A stretch of DNA of 64,000 nucleotides from Rhina ancylostomus (lineage: Eukaryota). Below the pieces are notes generated by a model. It worked only from the letters and a program-made list of their open reading frames with translations, had not been told where the DNA came from and did no database searches. Where the stretch lies: positions 10,599,349 to 10,663,348 of the forward strand of contig JARFYF010000057.1 in the NCBI GenBank assembly GCA_030265395.1. The letters are read 5' to 3'. The position numbers were made by a program, and so were the translations under genes. This document shows positions 62,166-64,000 of this stretch, piece after piece (position 1 is the stretch's first letter; each line of letters begins with the position of its first letter).

Positions 62166-64000
62166 TTGGTTTTATTGTAATGACCATAATAAAATTGCAG
62201 TTTGAGGAGCAACCATTTTGATTTGCTATCTTAATCACCCCATTATGGCTCCATTCACTTTAAAGGGATTTTTGCCCAGTTTTGGGGGATATTAATATGA
62301 GCTAGGCACTAAATGATATTTTTGCTTTACTTGTTTTATTCCCTACTGCCAGGTAAGTAGTTTCTCGTGATGTGCATCTCTGTGTACACCTGTGTAGCTC
62401 AGAACATAGAGAACTAGCATTGCTTTCTGTTTTGCAATTTCTCTGTCACACAGGCTGAGAAGCTGTGATGAGCAAAGGTTATACACAAAAGTGTGTCAGA
62501 AGGAAAAACAACAGGAATGCTGCAGACATGAGTTTTGCATCGATATAAGTGTGGGGGATGATGGTGGGGGGATTATATGAACCCCTCAAAGTAGGTACAG
62601 AATTTATGATGCATGATTAACCTGAATGCATTGATTGCTGTGCAGGCAACGTGCTCTATTCATGTTGCTTGCTGATTATGATGATTCTGCCCACGGCCAG
62701 TGCTAACTTGACCATTGAGAGCAGGGGGCCAATAATCATAACTTGGCAGCACCAGTGAAGGGAGCCGACACTGTTTAAAGACAGGCAACATCTCTTAAAG
62801 GAGAGCAGCTGCTGGCTGTTTGCAGCAAATGGGAAACAATGGCTGTGGGAGAGAGGGCTCCAGGCTTTTAGGACACTGAGCTGGAGGCGGTGAACAGAAG
62901 GAGAAATGCCCACAGGAAGCCCTCCAGCCACGGCAGTGAATGCAGAGAGCCATGTAGATTTCCAAGGAGTTATCCCCAAGGACCTAGACAAGCAGTATCA
63001 CAAGAAGTTCAGTGACCTCAGTCAGTGAGTACATCCTCAAAAATCATAAGCTACTAACTGTACCAACTCCACCTCCTCATCACTTGCCTATCAATAATTT
63101 CTTTAGACTATAGCTCATTGACTAACTTCATTGTGCTTAGCACTGCTGCAAGTCTCACACTCTTATCTCATGGTTAGCTCACACTGCCAGCTTTTCAAGT
63201 GTGCCAGCCACATCATTGGAAATATATTTCACATACTCACCCACATTCTTCCCTCTCACTTGGATGGAAAAGTGGTGGAAACCCATAAAGCTGGAAGGGT
63301 TCTCCTTAATGAAAATTGCACTCACATTCATGGAGGAGAAGGCGCTGGCCTTTATTACAATGCTGATGGCAAGGCTGAAACTATGGAAGTGATGATGNNN
63401 NNNNNNNTGGTCAAATAACCAGATGTGCTCTTTGCATGCTGTGTCACTTCCTTCTGACTTACAAATTCTCCTTCCCTCATCATAAACTTGCTCTCACATC
63501 TTTCTTTTCTGGATACCCAAGGAGTGTATCTTGTTGAGCAGCAGAGGGACAGAAGGAAGACATTAATGATGAAGCTGCAGCATTACCCAGTTTCACATCC
63601 TCAGTTACTAGCTGAGATAACTCTCTTTAAAAAGCACAGGTGGGGATTCTCCTTGGTGTTTTAATGCATGTTCAGCCATGTGAAGTTGGGGGTGTGTAAA
63701 CTGAACACTGCAAAATAGCAGTGCTGGTGTGAAATTAATGCTCCAGGTTGATTGACTCCATGATCTGCCTGCCCTGCCTACTTCATGTTAACACAGCAGA
63801 AGTATATGCTCATCAGTTTAAAGTTAGTTTACTTAGCATGAACAGAGATGCTATAAAACTTCCTGAGATTAGACTCTCATGTGTACAATGAACTTAAATT
63901 GTAAGAATTATTTGCCTGGCCATGATCCTTTGTCAGTCATGCTAAAAGTAACAGCACAATATACTTTGCCTTCAGAATTGAGTTGTGTTGAAGGTAATGG

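Overview
This is eukaryotic vertebrate genomic DNA from a gapped draft assembly with about 13 N-runs. The repeat content (HE1-like V-SINEs, Deu-domain SINEs, CR1, Rex1/Babar, Penelope) points to a cartilaginous fish, probably a batoid; that assignment is an inference. The window holds the 5' part of one + strand gene for an ABCA-subfamily lipid exporter, most like ABCA7. I traced 12 consecutive coding exons from 24735 to 61377, all with GT..AG boundaries and matching phases. They splice into an open 578-codon frame (MSYWVQLRLLLWKNFTYRKRQT...KIRMDIDDVTRTNKIKD) covering the N-terminus, TM1 and most of extracellular domain 1; the gene continues past the window end. A CCAAT/GC-box cluster near 1650-1730 may be its promoter and first exon, implying a first intron of about 23 kb. 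The rest is intron filled with decayed retroelements, Tigger-type MITEs, satellites and short palindromes. I found no prokaryotic-type system, CRISPR array, intact transposon ORF, tRNA or rRNA. The best leads are an ABCA7 with an ABCA1-length ECD1, a candidate truncating alternative acceptor and poly(A) site before exon 6, uORF/tandem-acceptor control of the start, TSD-flanked palindromic Penelope mini-elements with a hammerhead relic, and an intronic pre-miRNA-like hairpin.
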